Position numbers and translations under genes: made by a program. DNA of 64,000 bases from Octopus sinensis. Its lineage: Eukaryota. The notes beneath the pieces are model-generated. The model did no database searches. It was not told the origin of the DNA and saw only the letters and a program-made list of their open reading frames with translations. The stretch is from contig NC_042997.1 in the NCBI RefSeq assembly GCF_006345805.1, positions 41,416,001-41,480,000 on the forward strand, written 5' to 3'. Within the stretch, counting starts at the first letter, position 1, and every line of letters begins with the position of its first letter. Shown piece by piece: positions 49,541 through 62,051 of the stretch.

Positions 49541-49693
49541 ATGCATATATCATGTTTTCCAATTTTTAAAGAAAGTTTTTTTATGATCACCTTATCAGTA
49601 AACTTCTTTTAGTTTAATACTAATATTATGTTTCATTTGAGTTTTATTTTTTACCTTTTCTGGCTCTAAAACCCTTTAAAAACCTTAAAAAGG

Positions 49694-49851
49694 GCCAAAA
49701 CTATGAAATCAGCCTTTTTTTAGGCCCTTTGAAATTTAAAACTATAAAATCAGGATTTTTAACTCTTAAGCAAAAAAAAACCAAAAAAACAAAAAACTAT
49801 ATAGTTTTTGGGTTCTAAAGCCCTCAAAAAGGCTGATTTTATAGTTTTGGC
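49694..49851. repeat. Imperfect palindrome with ~55-bp arms
   Basis: GCCAAAACTATGAAATCAGCCTTTTT vs AAAAAGGCTGATTTTATAGTTTTGGC. Confidence 0.75.
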
Positions 49852-50932
49852 ACTTTTAACCCTTTAGTGTTTAAAATGGCCAAAACCCGTTGTGAATTCT
49901 CATAGCTTTGAGATAATGTAAGGGCTTTTCTTCTAGAAAGTAGAGAACTGGGTGAAAAGCACAAATAACTGAGGAGGATGTCAACATAGAAAATATTGAC
50001 TTCCATAAAGTGGAAAAAATAAATGGAAGGGAAAACGCTGGTAAATATTTCGGTGTCAATGGAAATAATTGTTATGTGGTAGTAGGGCATGCTAGAAATA
50101 ACAGCCAAATCTTTTCTGGAAAAAGGAGCCATTTATGCATGATTTCAATGTCACATTCATTGAAAGCATGCAAAATAATTTGGAAAAGAAAAAAAAGGGC
50201 TCGCGAAACAAAACTCCCTTTGTGGGAAACTTCAAGGTCTCTACCATCCCTCCCACCTTTCTTTTCTGGAAAAAAAGTAGCTTGGGGTGAGTTTGACTTC
50301 ATCCCGTCAAAAAACAGCTTCTAAGCAACTGGTTGTTTTAATGGCGGAAGAAAGAGGGGAATTCCATTAGAAAAAGTTTTAATCGATTTTCTCAGTATGT
50401 AGAGGGGGGGGGGGCTAGGAAAAAAATACAAACTGCATTCCACTCTATGCACCCATCTCCACATGTGTGCCATTTTTCACACAAATTCATTCAGCCGTTT
50501 GGTTGTGAACCTCAAGACAAGAAAGAATACAACGATCGCCCATGTCCAATTTATATTATAGATATATATAGATTGGTAAACCATCCTGTTGCTAAGGCAA
50601 CTTATTCCTTTCTGATTAAATTCAACTTTGAGGGTTCTTTATGTAATGCATTGGTAAGGCACCAAAGAATAGCTTGTTGAGAATTTGCTGAGCCTTGTTG
50701 ATTGGCCAGTTGTAACCCAAAAGTTGCACATTAGTCTGTTAAAACACAAAGTGAAAAAAAGCAGCAACAGGTTTGGTTTCCTTGCTTTCCACATTTTAGC
50801 TGGAGTCATGGTGACTGGCATTGTGACAGGAGTACCACAACCCCAACGAAACAATTGACCAATCACCATTGTCGTATAATGTGGTTCAAAACCAAGGGTT
50901 GGACACATAATAATCTACTTCATTTTCTTCTA

Positions 50933-51960
50933 TCTTATATATTAAAAGGCAAGTTGTCTGTCTGTCTGTTGTGTGAACCACTTCTACTCCTACAATTTTC
51001 AACTGAATTTCACTAGATTTGACATGTGTACTCTCTTTGACTTAGGACACTTTTTCTTATGATTTTTTCCTTGAAATTCCACACCCCCAACATAAATAGA
51101 CTACTCTCAATTCACCTAGGATTTGAACCCACCACATCTATGCAATGGTATGTGTTTAATCTTATATATTAAAAGGCAAGTTGGCTGTCTGTTTCTGTGT
51201 GTATGTTGTGTGAACCACTTCTACTCCTACAATTTTCAACCGAATTTCACCAAATTTGACATGTGTCCTCTCTTTGACTTGGGACGCTTTTTCATATAAT
51301 TTTTTCCTCAAAATTCTGCACTCCCAGCATAAATAGACTACTCTCAATTCGCCTAGGATTTGGCTTGAGCCAGTGAAAAAACGTGACATGCCCAACTGGA
51401 AAAAATCAATACTTTGTCAGCTGTGGCAAACTCTTATCGACTGCTTGCACAGTACTACCAGCAATCTTCATTTGCAAGCTACGATTTGCCTCTGTTTTCA
51501 TATGAGTGCTTTTTTCCATATAATTATTCCAATTTAAACTAGCCACTTCAAAACTCTTACCCAAAATCAATTCGATCTGCTTGAAAAACATTTTTACAAA
51601 CTACAGGTTACAATTTTTTGGGTGCTATACATTCACCGCTTTTTCCTTAGGACTTTTTCTGTTGTATAAACTGATAATTTTCCACCATACCTCGACGCAA
51701 AAGTTCCAATATAGGTGGGCAAACAAATGCTGCAAAGAAAAGTAAACGCATGCATGCAAATGAATCTGCTGAAGACGCCGCCAGGAGGAACTCTCTCAAT
51801 GCACTTAGGATGGCTTCAGTGCGAAGAAGGGAAAGTGAGGAGCGGCGTTGTGAATGGTTAGCACAACGAGCCGTCCAGAGCAATGAGCAATGTTCAGCAC
51901 GCCGAACAAGAAATGCTTCCTCTACTACTACTGTATGAGCTGCAGCACAATGTGCAACAT
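50933..51960 (+). mobile_element. Helitron 5' region: duplicated 5' end plus start of the RepHel ORF
   Basis: TCTTATATATTAAAAGGCAAGTTG at 50933 and 51160, each after a host A; frame from 51687 reads (I)PRRKSSNIGGQTNAAKKSKRMHANESAE..RRRESEERR, typical of Helitron N-termini. Confidence 0.7.
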
Positions 51961-52259
51961 AAACTTGTTTTTAGGTGATTTCTGTAATGTTTATGAGGTG
52001 GTCAAGTCACAGAGTCTGTAGAGCACCAGATAGGTTGATTTGTGGCAATCCTTCTGACTCTTTGCGATGCTGAAATCAATTTTGTCTTTGATCACTTTGG
52101 AGTCAATAAACAAAGTATTGGGGTCAATTCTTCTCAGCCTCTCACTTTTTCTTTCTGTTTCTCTCTCCCTCTTTTTAGAAGAAACCAGTTTTGGTCATTC
52201 TTGCAGAAGGATGGCCTTGACATCATCCTCCTCATTGTTTAATGTCCTCTTTCCATGAT

Positions 52260-52955
52260 GGCATAGGTTGGATTGTTTGAAATGGAGCTGGCCAGGCTCC
52301 AGTTGTCTGTTGTGGCATGGTATCTACAGCTAGATGTCCTTCCTAATGCCAACCACTTAACAGAATGTGCTGGGTGCATTTTACATGCCACTGGCAAGGG
52401 TGTGTTGACACAACCCCAGCGTGGGAGTGTTTTTATGTTGCACCCACCCCTGAAAGGACAAGCTTTTTACTTAGCTTCACATGATTTTTCAAGTACAGCA
52501 AATCACCACATCTCCTGGTCCCTCCGGGTTTAAAAATACCCAAGACATGCCATTTCTGACCATAGTGCCCCATACAACCCTATCAAGGAATTGAGGGCCC
52601 AACACAAAGCTGTATTTATAAATTAGGTTCATCTGGTTGAGTTTGGTGGGTGAATGGTTGGGGTGTTCTTTTGTTGAATGTATTCTATATGATGTTGTGG
52701 CATTAATCAGGCTAATCAGATTGGTACTTTTGGTTGTTATTGTTGTTGTGGTCATTGTCATTGTTTGGAAAATGTGGACAAAATGCTCAGTGACATTTCA
52801 TCCATCTTTATGTTCTGGGTTCTAATTCCACTGAGGTCAATTTCACCTTTCATCTCCTCAGGGTCAATAAAGTAAGTACCAGTTATACACTAGGGTTTAT
52901 CTAATTGATTAACTCTCCCCCAAAGTTTCAAGCCTTGTGCCTATAGAAGAAAGAA
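52260..52955. mobile_element. RTE-tail fragment (52260-52520, minus) and partial SINE A (52811-52955, plus)
   Basis: CAGCTAGATGTCCTTCCTAATGCCAACC; TTTCATCTCCTCAGGGTCAATAAAGTAAGTACCAG. Confidence 0.65.
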
Positions 52956-53400
52956 TTGTTTGGAAAATGTGTATTTAGATGAAGTTTGTCATACTAAATG
53001 GCATTTGTGTGGCTGTTTTATTGCAAAACATCTTTTTAAAGATTTTAAAGCTGGATTCGTTCAGAGGTGTGACTTTCAGATTTCATGGACATATGTTAGA
53101 ACTCTGGTTTCTGTGAGTGAAATTAGCATTGTTCAATCAGGAATGCCATAACTTCTTTGCAGATATTCTCAAGACAAGACGATTTTAGCAAATGTATTCG
53201 TCTATTTTAAAAATGGGAGAACTTTTGAAAAACTTTGGCTGTTATTTGTAGCATATCTGGACTGTTTGAAGGCTATATGTATTTCAGGTTTACATCAGGC
53301 ATGTAAAGTGGATGTTTATGATGTGGATAGCATTATATTGTTACATGGATGGTGAATAACTTGTATTTATCTAGCATTAAATCTTGGTTTTATTTTGCAG

Positions 53401-53598
53401 GAATATCTGCCACGAGTATGGAAGGAGAAGATGAGGGCAGAACGATATTGGTGTCAGGAATCCCAACTGATTTCCGTTTGGAAGCCATTCAGTCTTATTT
53501 TGAGAACAAGAGTAGATCAAGTGGAGGACCTATTAAAGGAAAGCCAGAACGGATCCAAGATTCTGAGGAAGTTATTATCACTTTTGAATCGGAAAAAG
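53401..53598 (+). CDS. PARP14: PARP14-like gene, RRM-like exon (ATG at 53418); symbol is family-level only
   Basis: tattttgcAG acceptor and G/gttag donor; MEGEDEGRTILVSGIPT..IQSYFENKSRSSGGPI..EVIITFE resembles the YFEN.RRSGGG RRM of PARP14/PARP10. Confidence 0.82.
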
Positions 53599-54286
53599 GT
53601 TAGAAGAAATATTCTTTATTTCATGAAATCATTTACAGACATCATCATTGTCATCATTTAATATCTGTTGTCCATGCTTGCATAGGTTGGACAATTTGCA
53701 CATAATTACTGTGAACACATTAGATTAATATAAAGCAATGTTAAAAATCATCATCATCGTCATTTAACATTCATTTTCCATATTTGCTTGCATTGAATAG
53801 TTTGACAGGATCTGGTGAGCAGCATTGACCTCTGGGGTCAGCTTTGGCATGGTTTCTATTGCTCAGTGCCCTTCCTAATGCCAACCACTTTACAGAGTGG
53901 ACTGGGGACAATTTTCCTGCCATCATTACTAGTGAGGTTGCCAAGTAATGTCCAAGACAGGAAAAAAAAAAAAGGAAAAACACTCCTTCTACTAAATGGA
54001 GTGAGGAACCGAAAGGGTTATGTAGGGGTTATGCTAGGTATTGAAAGGCTAAAGTGTGATCAAGGAGGTACAATAGAGAAACTGTAGAGCAGTGTTCTAT
54101 TCCAAGTTGTCACACCATTCTGTATCCGCTCATTAAAATTCTTTAGTCATCAACAATCTGGCAGTCATGGGTAGGCTTTTATAACGAAGAGGTCTCAAAA
54201 CTGAAACGTGCTTGGAGTTGTCTCTCTGCTGCTAAATTCATTCCTTCACCTTAACCTGAAGGAATATCAAATGGCATATATATATA

Positions 54287-54317
<31 letters not shown>

Positions 54318-55148
54318 CACCTGATCACGTGACCGACCAGGCTATCAGATGCTGCTACAAATCGGTGGTCACAATGCGCTTTGCATTGTTTTAGCCTTCA
54401 AATGACGCCACCCCGCTGGCTAAGTGAGCAGGCCAATATATATATATATATATATATAAATATTTTTTTTTATTTATAAAAATTTAAATTTCAAGGTTAT
54501 GTTCCTCTCGTTTCTTGGCATGGGTCTGTCACGAAGATAATGAGTCTCTCTTTTCATTAAGGGACTAATTTTAATTGAAATTTTGCAGTGCACTTCATTA
54601 AATGTTTTGACATATTCTGATATTCAAATATTCTACTCTTTATTTGGAAAATAGGCTTACATATTGGTCTGCTCAGGATAAAGCTTTTTATTGGCAATTG
54701 TCTTTGTGAATGACTACTGTTTCCTCTAAGTACTGTATGTGCGTATACACATAAGTGTGTATATGTTTATCTGATCACACACACACACATCCTATGATGG
54801 CCACAGTTTCTCTCTTCCAAATATCAGTCACAAGGCTCTGGTCATCTTGAGGCTGTGGTAGAAGATACTTGCTCAATGTGCTGTTGAACTAGAGCCAGTT
54901 AATTGTACAGGGAACCTCATAATCCTTTCAGCTATCGAACAAAGGGGCCTCTAAGTGATGACTTGATCTGCTAGAAAAGGCAGTTAAATCTTCTTCATGT
55001 ACCACCTAACATCATAAACAAGGAAGGACACTTGGACATGTTTATGACCAGAAAGTGTCTGACCTGGTTCTACACCAACACAACCATGCCCTCCACTCAT
55101 TAATAATGACATTATATTCTCAATTTCTTCTGCTATTTTGATTTTCAG

Positions 55149-55385
55149 ATGCAGAAAATGTTGTCCAAAGGAAGGTCCATAATGTAAGCAAACATAAACT
55201 TCATGTGGACTGGTATAAAAATCTAGTCTGGCAAGAAGATGCAGTGATTGTGTCAAATGGCCCCAAAGACATGTCGGAAAAAATGTTAATTGATTTTTTG
55301 GAAAAGACAGGAAAATTGGATATTGTATATGTTTCCCCTGGAAGAAAAGCTGGAACTTTTCTTGTGTATTGCCAAAATGAAATTG
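55149..55385 (+). CDS. PARP14: PARP14-like gene, next exon (RRM end plus following RRM)
   Basis: attttcAG acceptor and G/gtaagt donor; 237 nt, phase 1-1, joins in frame: DAENVVQRKVHNVSKHKLHV..MLIDFLEKTG..GTFLVYC. Confidence 0.8.
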
Positions 55386-56697
55386 GTAAGTTTCTTCAAG
55401 TTTAATTTGTTTTGAAAAAGATTTCTTGAATTTTGTTTTGTTAATAGGATTGGTATATCTTTTGTGTTTTAATTGTTTTAGTCTAATGACTCAGGCCATG
55501 CTGGGGCACCACCTTGAAGATCTTTTTTAGTTAAATGAATCGACCCTAGTGGTTCTTAATTTTTAAAACCTAGAAACTTTTATCATTCCATTTTGCTGAT
55601 CTGTTAAGTTACAGGAACATAAACACATTGACACCAGTCATCAAGCAGTAGCGGGTAACAAATAGACACAACGACACAAACACACACACACACACATACA
55701 TACTGGGCTTCTTTCAGTTTCCATCTACCAAATTCACTCACAATGCCTTGGTTGAACTGAGGCTACAGTAGAAGATTCTCACCCAAAGTGCCACACAGTG
55801 GGACTGAACCCAGAACCATGTGGTTGGGAAGCAAACTTCTTAGCACACAGCCCTGTCTGCACCTATTTATATCTTTTATTTCTTCCCAGATTTTGCTTTT
55901 TGGTTTCTCACATTTATCAGGAAAGGAAGAAATTTGTCAGGAATGATGGTTATCAGGCAGGAAATCAGAAATATTAGAGATGATGTTTTATCAGTGAAAC
56001 TGATTCCAGTATTTGACCGTTCCTTCAGTTTCTAAACATTGGAAAGAGGGAAAGTAAATGGAATATTTTACCATCTTTGTTTGATTGATAGAGGGAACTT
56101 GTTACAAATGTAATTTCTATCTAAAACAAAATGGAAAGAAAACTGAGTCTTTACCTTGTAAATGCATATTACTGAATAATAATACAAATATATAGTTTAA
56201 TTCTAAAACAAAATATATTTTGTTAGTCTTGGGAGGGTCATTGTGCCAATGATAAACACATGCACAGGTCTGCCTGTCTTTTACTTTTAATTATAGTTTC
56301 AATATAAAACGAATATGTTGAGTAATGATACTCTCATAATATTGAACACATCAAACTAAAATTTTCAAATCAATAAAATTCTACAAAGGACTTTCCACAC
56401 AGGATTATATATTCGGTTGATGTGATTTTTTCTTTTGTCTGTTGTTTCACCTCTCCATTTTATTTACCTTTTCTCACTACAGACTCTGAAACATTTCTTC
56501 TTTCTTCTAGCACTTTCATCTTTATAATTCAGAGCATTCCTTAACTATTTAGCATTCAGATTAATCTGTCAAGCTTTCTGCTTATTTATTCACATCATTT
56601 CGTATTAATCATGCATTATCTCATAGCTTTGAAATTTTGACGAGGTAATTGTTAATTTTTAGAATGATATTGTATGGTTGGTGTAAGAGGCCAGATA

Positions 56698-57225
56698 TCA
56701 TCATCATCATCATCATCATTGTTTAAAGTCCGCTTTCCATGCTGGTATGGGTTGGACGATTTTGACTGAAGGCTGGCAAACCAGATGGCTGCACCAGGCT
56801 CCAATCTTGATCTGGCAGAGTTTCTACAGTTGGATGCCCTTCCTAATGCCAGCCACTCCGATAGTGTAGTGGGTGCTTTTACGTGCCACCGGCATGGGGG
56901 CCAGTTAGGCGGTACTGGCAACCTCGCACAAATTTTTTTATACATGCCACCAGCACAGGTGCCAGTAAGGTGATGTTGGTAACGATCACGCTCGAATGGT
57001 GCCCTTTTACGTGCCACTGGCACAGAAGCCAGTTGGCTGCTCTGGCAACGATCACACTCGGATGGTGCTCTTGGCACCCTACTAGCACGGGCGCAAGTGC
57101 CAGTAAGGTGATGCTGGTAACGATCACACTCGAATGGTGCCTTTTATGTGCCACTGGCACGGATGCCGGTTAGCCGCTCTGTCAATGATCACGCTCGTAT
57201 GATGCTCTTTGCACCCTGCTAGTAG
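56698..57225 (-). mobile_element. RTE 3' end, second subfamily with a diverged GTGCCA hairpin array
   Basis: (GAT)n tail, CAGTTGGATGCCCTTCCTAATGCC, and repeats similar to 7440-7650. Confidence 0.85.
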
Positions 57226-57789
57226 ATATGGCCTGTTTAAATGTTCAGGGGTTAAACATTCTGCATTCTCATTTCTTTGCATTTCTTAACATCTTCTGGA
57301 GTCTTTATATTCTTCATCCTTACCCTGACTCATCTCAATTCTCTGCACACCTTCTTTCTACCTGTGTTTCTATGCTGCTGTGTGTGCATTGTCCATTGCC
57401 TTACACCCTGTTGATGCTGTTAAAGTATTGTTTTGAACTGATGAACAGAGAGATGAGGCAAGGATTGCAGAGGACCAGTGTTCAAAGGAGAAAGAATCTG
57501 GTATAATTGAGGGGATGGAGTTGGATACAAGAAGGGTGACATGAGATGGAACAATGAGTGGATCAAAGAGCCTGAATGGCAATGGTATAAAATCAACCAG
57601 AGAGACGAAACAGGGGCCCTCATAGCAGTGATAGAAAAGACAGTAGAATAGATCCTGGAGTTTATTTAGAGAGACAAGAGTTTAGTTACTTTATTTGCCA
57701 TTTGCTTTCGAAGCTCCCTTTGCTAGTTTTGGCTTGCTGCTGCTGCTGCTGCTGATGGTGGTGGTGGTGGTGGTGGTAGGTGTTGGTGA

Positions 57790-57820
<31 letters not shown>

Positions 57821-58459
57821 GACGACGATGATAACAATGATGATGATGATGATATTGTTAAAATAGACATTTTGTTGTGATGATGTAGAAGAATGACAAA
57901 CAGGTAAAACATCAAAATTTGTTGTTTTTTTTAAATGGCTCAGTGAAGAAGAAGAGAGGGCAATTGATCGATATATTGTGAGGTAAAAGGGTCAACAGCC
58001 TTGACCTTTTGAGGGTCAAACTCCTTCATTGATGAGATTGATCTGGTTGTATTAGTCAATGGTCTGCAGGAAAAGTTTTGGAGAATTGCCAATCATTGAT
58101 GTTTGGATACAGTGGTCATTAAAAGAGGGGTCAGTATGGGGTGGTGGTGGTGGTGGTGGTGGTGAGGAGATACATTGTAAGGTTTATGAGAAGAGAGGAG
58201 ACAGCTGTGTTTGTGTTGAGTATACCTGGTGCTAATATAAGTCATTAAGAACTATAGTGATTGTTGTTGTGACGATGGGATGAGAGGGGAGAACATCTAC
58301 AAATGAACCATTGCATCATGAAGTTGTCTTCTACATGGTGATGGAATCTTCTCTTTAGTTTACAAGAAGATATTCCATGGTAGAAAATGAGAGCAGCAAG
58401 TATATTTAACACACTGCTTCTTGCTTTGATAACTGTCGATAAATATCGAAATCGAAGAA

Positions 58460-59030
58460 GGTGGCCAGCTGGTCGAAATGTTAGCATGCTGGACAAAATG
58501 CTTAGCTGCATTTCATCTGTCTTCATGCTTTGTGTTCAAATTCTGCTGAGAATAACTTTGCCTTTCTCAGGGTTCAAGAAATAAGTACCAGCTGAATACT
58601 GGGGTCAATGCAATCAACTAACCCTTCCCTCCAAATTGCTGGCCTTGTGTCACAATTTGAAATCAAGAGACATTTGGAGATGTGCTGTGCTTGAGAGGAT
58701 CCGTCAAGCCAAGTGCACCACAGCTGGTGGCACATAAAGAGCATCTTTTGAATGTTGGGCCTCACGGAGGCAAAGTGGCTGAGTTCTTTTCGAGTGTTGG
58801 GCCTCACAGAGGCAATGACCAAGATTTTTGGTATTATGTCATGTTTTGGAAGATCCATCATGGCATGTAAAGGGACCCATTACACTCTCAGAGTGGTTGG
58901 CGTTAGGAAAGGCATTCAGCCAAAGAAAACCATACCAAATAAGACTGGAGTCTGATGCAGCCTTCCAGCATGCCAGCCCAGTCAAACCGTCCAACCCATG
59001 CCAGCATGGACAACAGAACTTAAATATCCA
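58460..59030 (+). mobile_element. SINE A (58460-58665) followed by an RTE 3' fragment (58670-59030)
   Basis: GTTAGCATGCTGGACAAAATGCTTAG head; GTTGGCGTTAGGAAAGGCATTCAGC tail. Confidence 0.75.
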
Positions 59031-59484
59031 ATGATGATCTATCTTTAGAAATGGTTGGGTAGTTATATGTATTTTTAGTGAAATAGTTTGTTTTTGTTTT
59101 TTTTGTCTAAGTAGCTTCATCACTAACTTGTCTCTGATATTGTCATGTCTTTAACCAAAGTACAATATTCTAGAATACAAGAATGAGCCCAGACGAGAAA
59201 TGTTGAAATTCCCATCTCTACCTTAAAATACACACTTTTAATGATCTGAAGACCTTTACACAGTTGATCAGGCTGATAGAAATAGCAGGAAAGTATCCCT
59301 CCCATTACACTCTGCCTTCTTCAAAACAGAAGCTACCATTCTAGATATTGGAATGGTCGTGGTTGGATTGCCTTTCATCATAAATCTGCTCAATCAAATT
59401 TTGTTTCTTATGTTTTTCACTTTAGTTATCCCTAAATAGAAATACCTTTTACATTTAAGGATCAGTAAACATTAACTAAAGACC

Positions 59485-59895
59485 CATGATCATCATCACT
59501 GTTTTAACGTCCACTTTTCCATGCTTGCATGGGTTGGACAGCATTTGATGATGAGTTGGATTTTTTCTGCAGTTGGATGCCCTTCTTGTTGCCAACCCTC
59601 ACCTATTTCCAAGTAAGGTAATGTTTCCCAGTGACCAGACATGTTTTAAGGAAGATTGGAAATGAAGGACACTGCTTGTATGACAGGGACACTCGTTTAC
59701 AACAAGCAAGGAGACAGTAACATACAGACGGACAAATGGCTTCTTTCAGTCTTCGTCTACCAAATCCACTCATAAGGCTTTGGTCAACCCAAGGCTATAG
59801 TAGAATACATTTTTTCCAAGTGTTACACAGTGGGACTGAACCCAAAACCATATGGCTGGGAAGCAACCATCTTACCACAAAGCCACACCTGTGCC
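59485..59895 (-). mobile_element. RTE-tail repeat plus SINE B
   Basis: TTAACGTCCACTTTTCCATGC..GCAGTTGGATGCCCTTC; GGCTTCTTTCAGTCTTCGTCTACCAAATCCACT. Confidence 0.75.
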
Positions 59896-60060
59896 TATAT
59901 GGAGTTGTTAAATAATTGGAACTGCATTTTAATGCTAAAATCTCCAAATTTGAAGAATTCTCAAAATCATTTCAATCTAAAATGTGTTAAAACATCAGTA
60001 AATTGACTTTAATTTGATTCTTTTACCAAAATGTATTTCCATTCATTGTATTTATTGCAG

Positions 60061-60294
60061 ATTTTGAGTGTGTTCAGAGGATGTGCAAAAAAAAACCCTT
60101 AAAAGGAAATCAACTGACAGTGGATAGAATTAAGGAAATAAACAGTGTTCAAGTGAAAAATGTTTCTTCAAATGTCAGCTCTGACAGTCTTCAAAGATAT
60201 TTTGGAAACAGAAAAAAAAGTTCTGGTGGAGATATTTCTTCAGTTCAACAACTAACCTCTGATACTTACATTGTAAGTTTTAAAGAGGCGTATG
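60061..60294 (+). CDS. PARP14: PARP14-like gene, third exon (RRM)
   Basis: tttattgcAG acceptor and G/gtaagt donor; 234 nt, phase 1-1: DFECVQRMCKKKPLKGNQLTV..SVQVKNV..LQRYFGNRKKSSGGDISSV..YIVSFKE. Confidence 0.85.
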
Positions 60295-60354
60295 GTAAGT
60301 AATTTTTTTCTCCTCTCTTTGTCTAATCTACCTATCAGAGTCAGTTATTAGCAT

Positions 60355-60945
60355 TCTTTTAATTCAGGTTTTGTTGGAACTCCTGTAGGCTTGCTATCCG
60401 CAGCCTACGGTACCATGCTATCTGTTCTGTTCAGCCATGTAATATTTTCTTGATGATAATGGCTGTGACAAGAAGGCAGACTTTTGGTAATAGCTCTACT
60501 TGGCGCTCTGTCCTCATTTCCTCTTTATATCTTCTGATACTGTCCCCAGGGCCCCAATAATAATTAGTATTATCTCCATCTTTCATAGTCAAGCACATTT
60601 AAGAGGATTGTCTACTTGTTCACCTAACTAATTGTGGGTCAAAGGCGTATGCAACATCAGTTATAGAGCACATGTGGTTCACCTTGTCCACAACGACCAG
60701 GCCTGGCTTGTTGTACTCAAGCACTTGGCCCTTTCTGCATTGAAAAATCCCACAAGATTTTACAGGTCTCTGACTCTGTGATTCTCTGTGGTTTCTGTTT
60801 GTACCATGTTTTGCTTCTCTCTAACCCCAACTTTCCTTATACTTTCCAATGCAGCACATTTGCAACCTCATCATGTCACCACAACTCATATTGGTTTGGG
60901 GCAAGTTGAGAGCATTCATTCACTGTAAGGGCAATGGCTTCATCA
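60355..60945 (-). mobile_element. R4/Dong 3' fragment
   Basis: Homologous to 27980-28720 (CCHC finger to RLE); (TTA)n at 60948. Confidence 0.75.
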
Positions 60946-60967
60946 AATTATTATTATTATTATTAAG

Positions 60968-62051
60968 TGAGAGAGTAGTGCATGCCATCAAAGTGATACT
61001 GGGGTAAAATATATGAAGCCCAGAATACCCATCATGACTACCCATCTGATAAGGGTACACCAGGCACATGCATCACAACCATATGTGCGCGACATGGTGA
61101 TCTCATGTCAAGATAAACAGCGCATAACCTTGCATGTGGAGCCCAGCTAGAATTTTCTTCTGGTCGAGTAACCCATCCTGCTCAAAAGGTCCCCAAATAA
61201 GGGTTGTTTAAGGATGTTGAACGAAACACCCATGCTTCCAGAGGTGAATTATTCAAACCCCAAAGAATCCCGCTCAACACATGGTTATGATGCTCCCCCA
61301 CTACTTCTGCTCATGATCAGAGATGCACATATCGTCAGCCACTAAGGGACATGGTCAACTGGTTACGGTCAAACAACTGACAAGCAAATCCGTGGTATTG
61401 AGCAGAATATTTGCTGTAACCCATCTTTTATAGCAAGACAAAATAAGGTACATGATATCACTTCCAATCAGTTAAGATCAGAAGCCCGAGAGCCACTGCC
61501 TGGTACTGCATCAAGGCATATTATTATAATTGTTGTTGTTGTTATTGAGAGAACAGTGCATGCCATCAAAGTGACACTGATGTAAAATATACAAAGGTAC
61601 ACCAGGCACATGCATCACAACTATATGTGCACAACATGGTGATCTCATATCAAGATAAACAGAGCATGATCTTGCAGGTGAGGCCTAGTTAGAATTTTCT
61701 TCAGGTTGAGTAGCTCATCCCACTCAAAAGGTCACTGAACAAGGTTTTTATAAGGATGATGAATAAAACACCCATGTTTCCATGTTTCAGAGGTGAATTA
61801 TTCAAACCCCAAAGAATTTTTCTCAACACATGGTTATAATGCTCCTCCACTACTTCTGTTCATGAGAGATGCACATATTGGCAGCCATCAAGGGACATGC
61901 TCAACTGGTTAAGGACAAGCAAATCTGTGGTATGAGCAGAATATTTTCTGTAGCCCATCTTTTCATACCAAGACAAAACAATGTGGATGATAACACTTCC
62001 CAATCATTTAAGATCAAATGCCAAGAGAGCAACTGTCTGGTACGGCATCAC
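60968..62051. repeat. Two tandem diverged copies (~550 and ~505 bp) of an unclassified element bounded by TTA/TTG repeats
   Basis: GAGAG..GTGCATGCCATCAAAGTGA..GGTAC.GCATCA at 60968-61518 and 61547-62051. Confidence 0.8.

Noticed and set aside
57691-57915. Poly-Ser/Asp/Val ORFs, and the YIYI/THTH ORFs throughout the track
   Set aside because: Products of GAT, GGT, TA and TG microsatellites.
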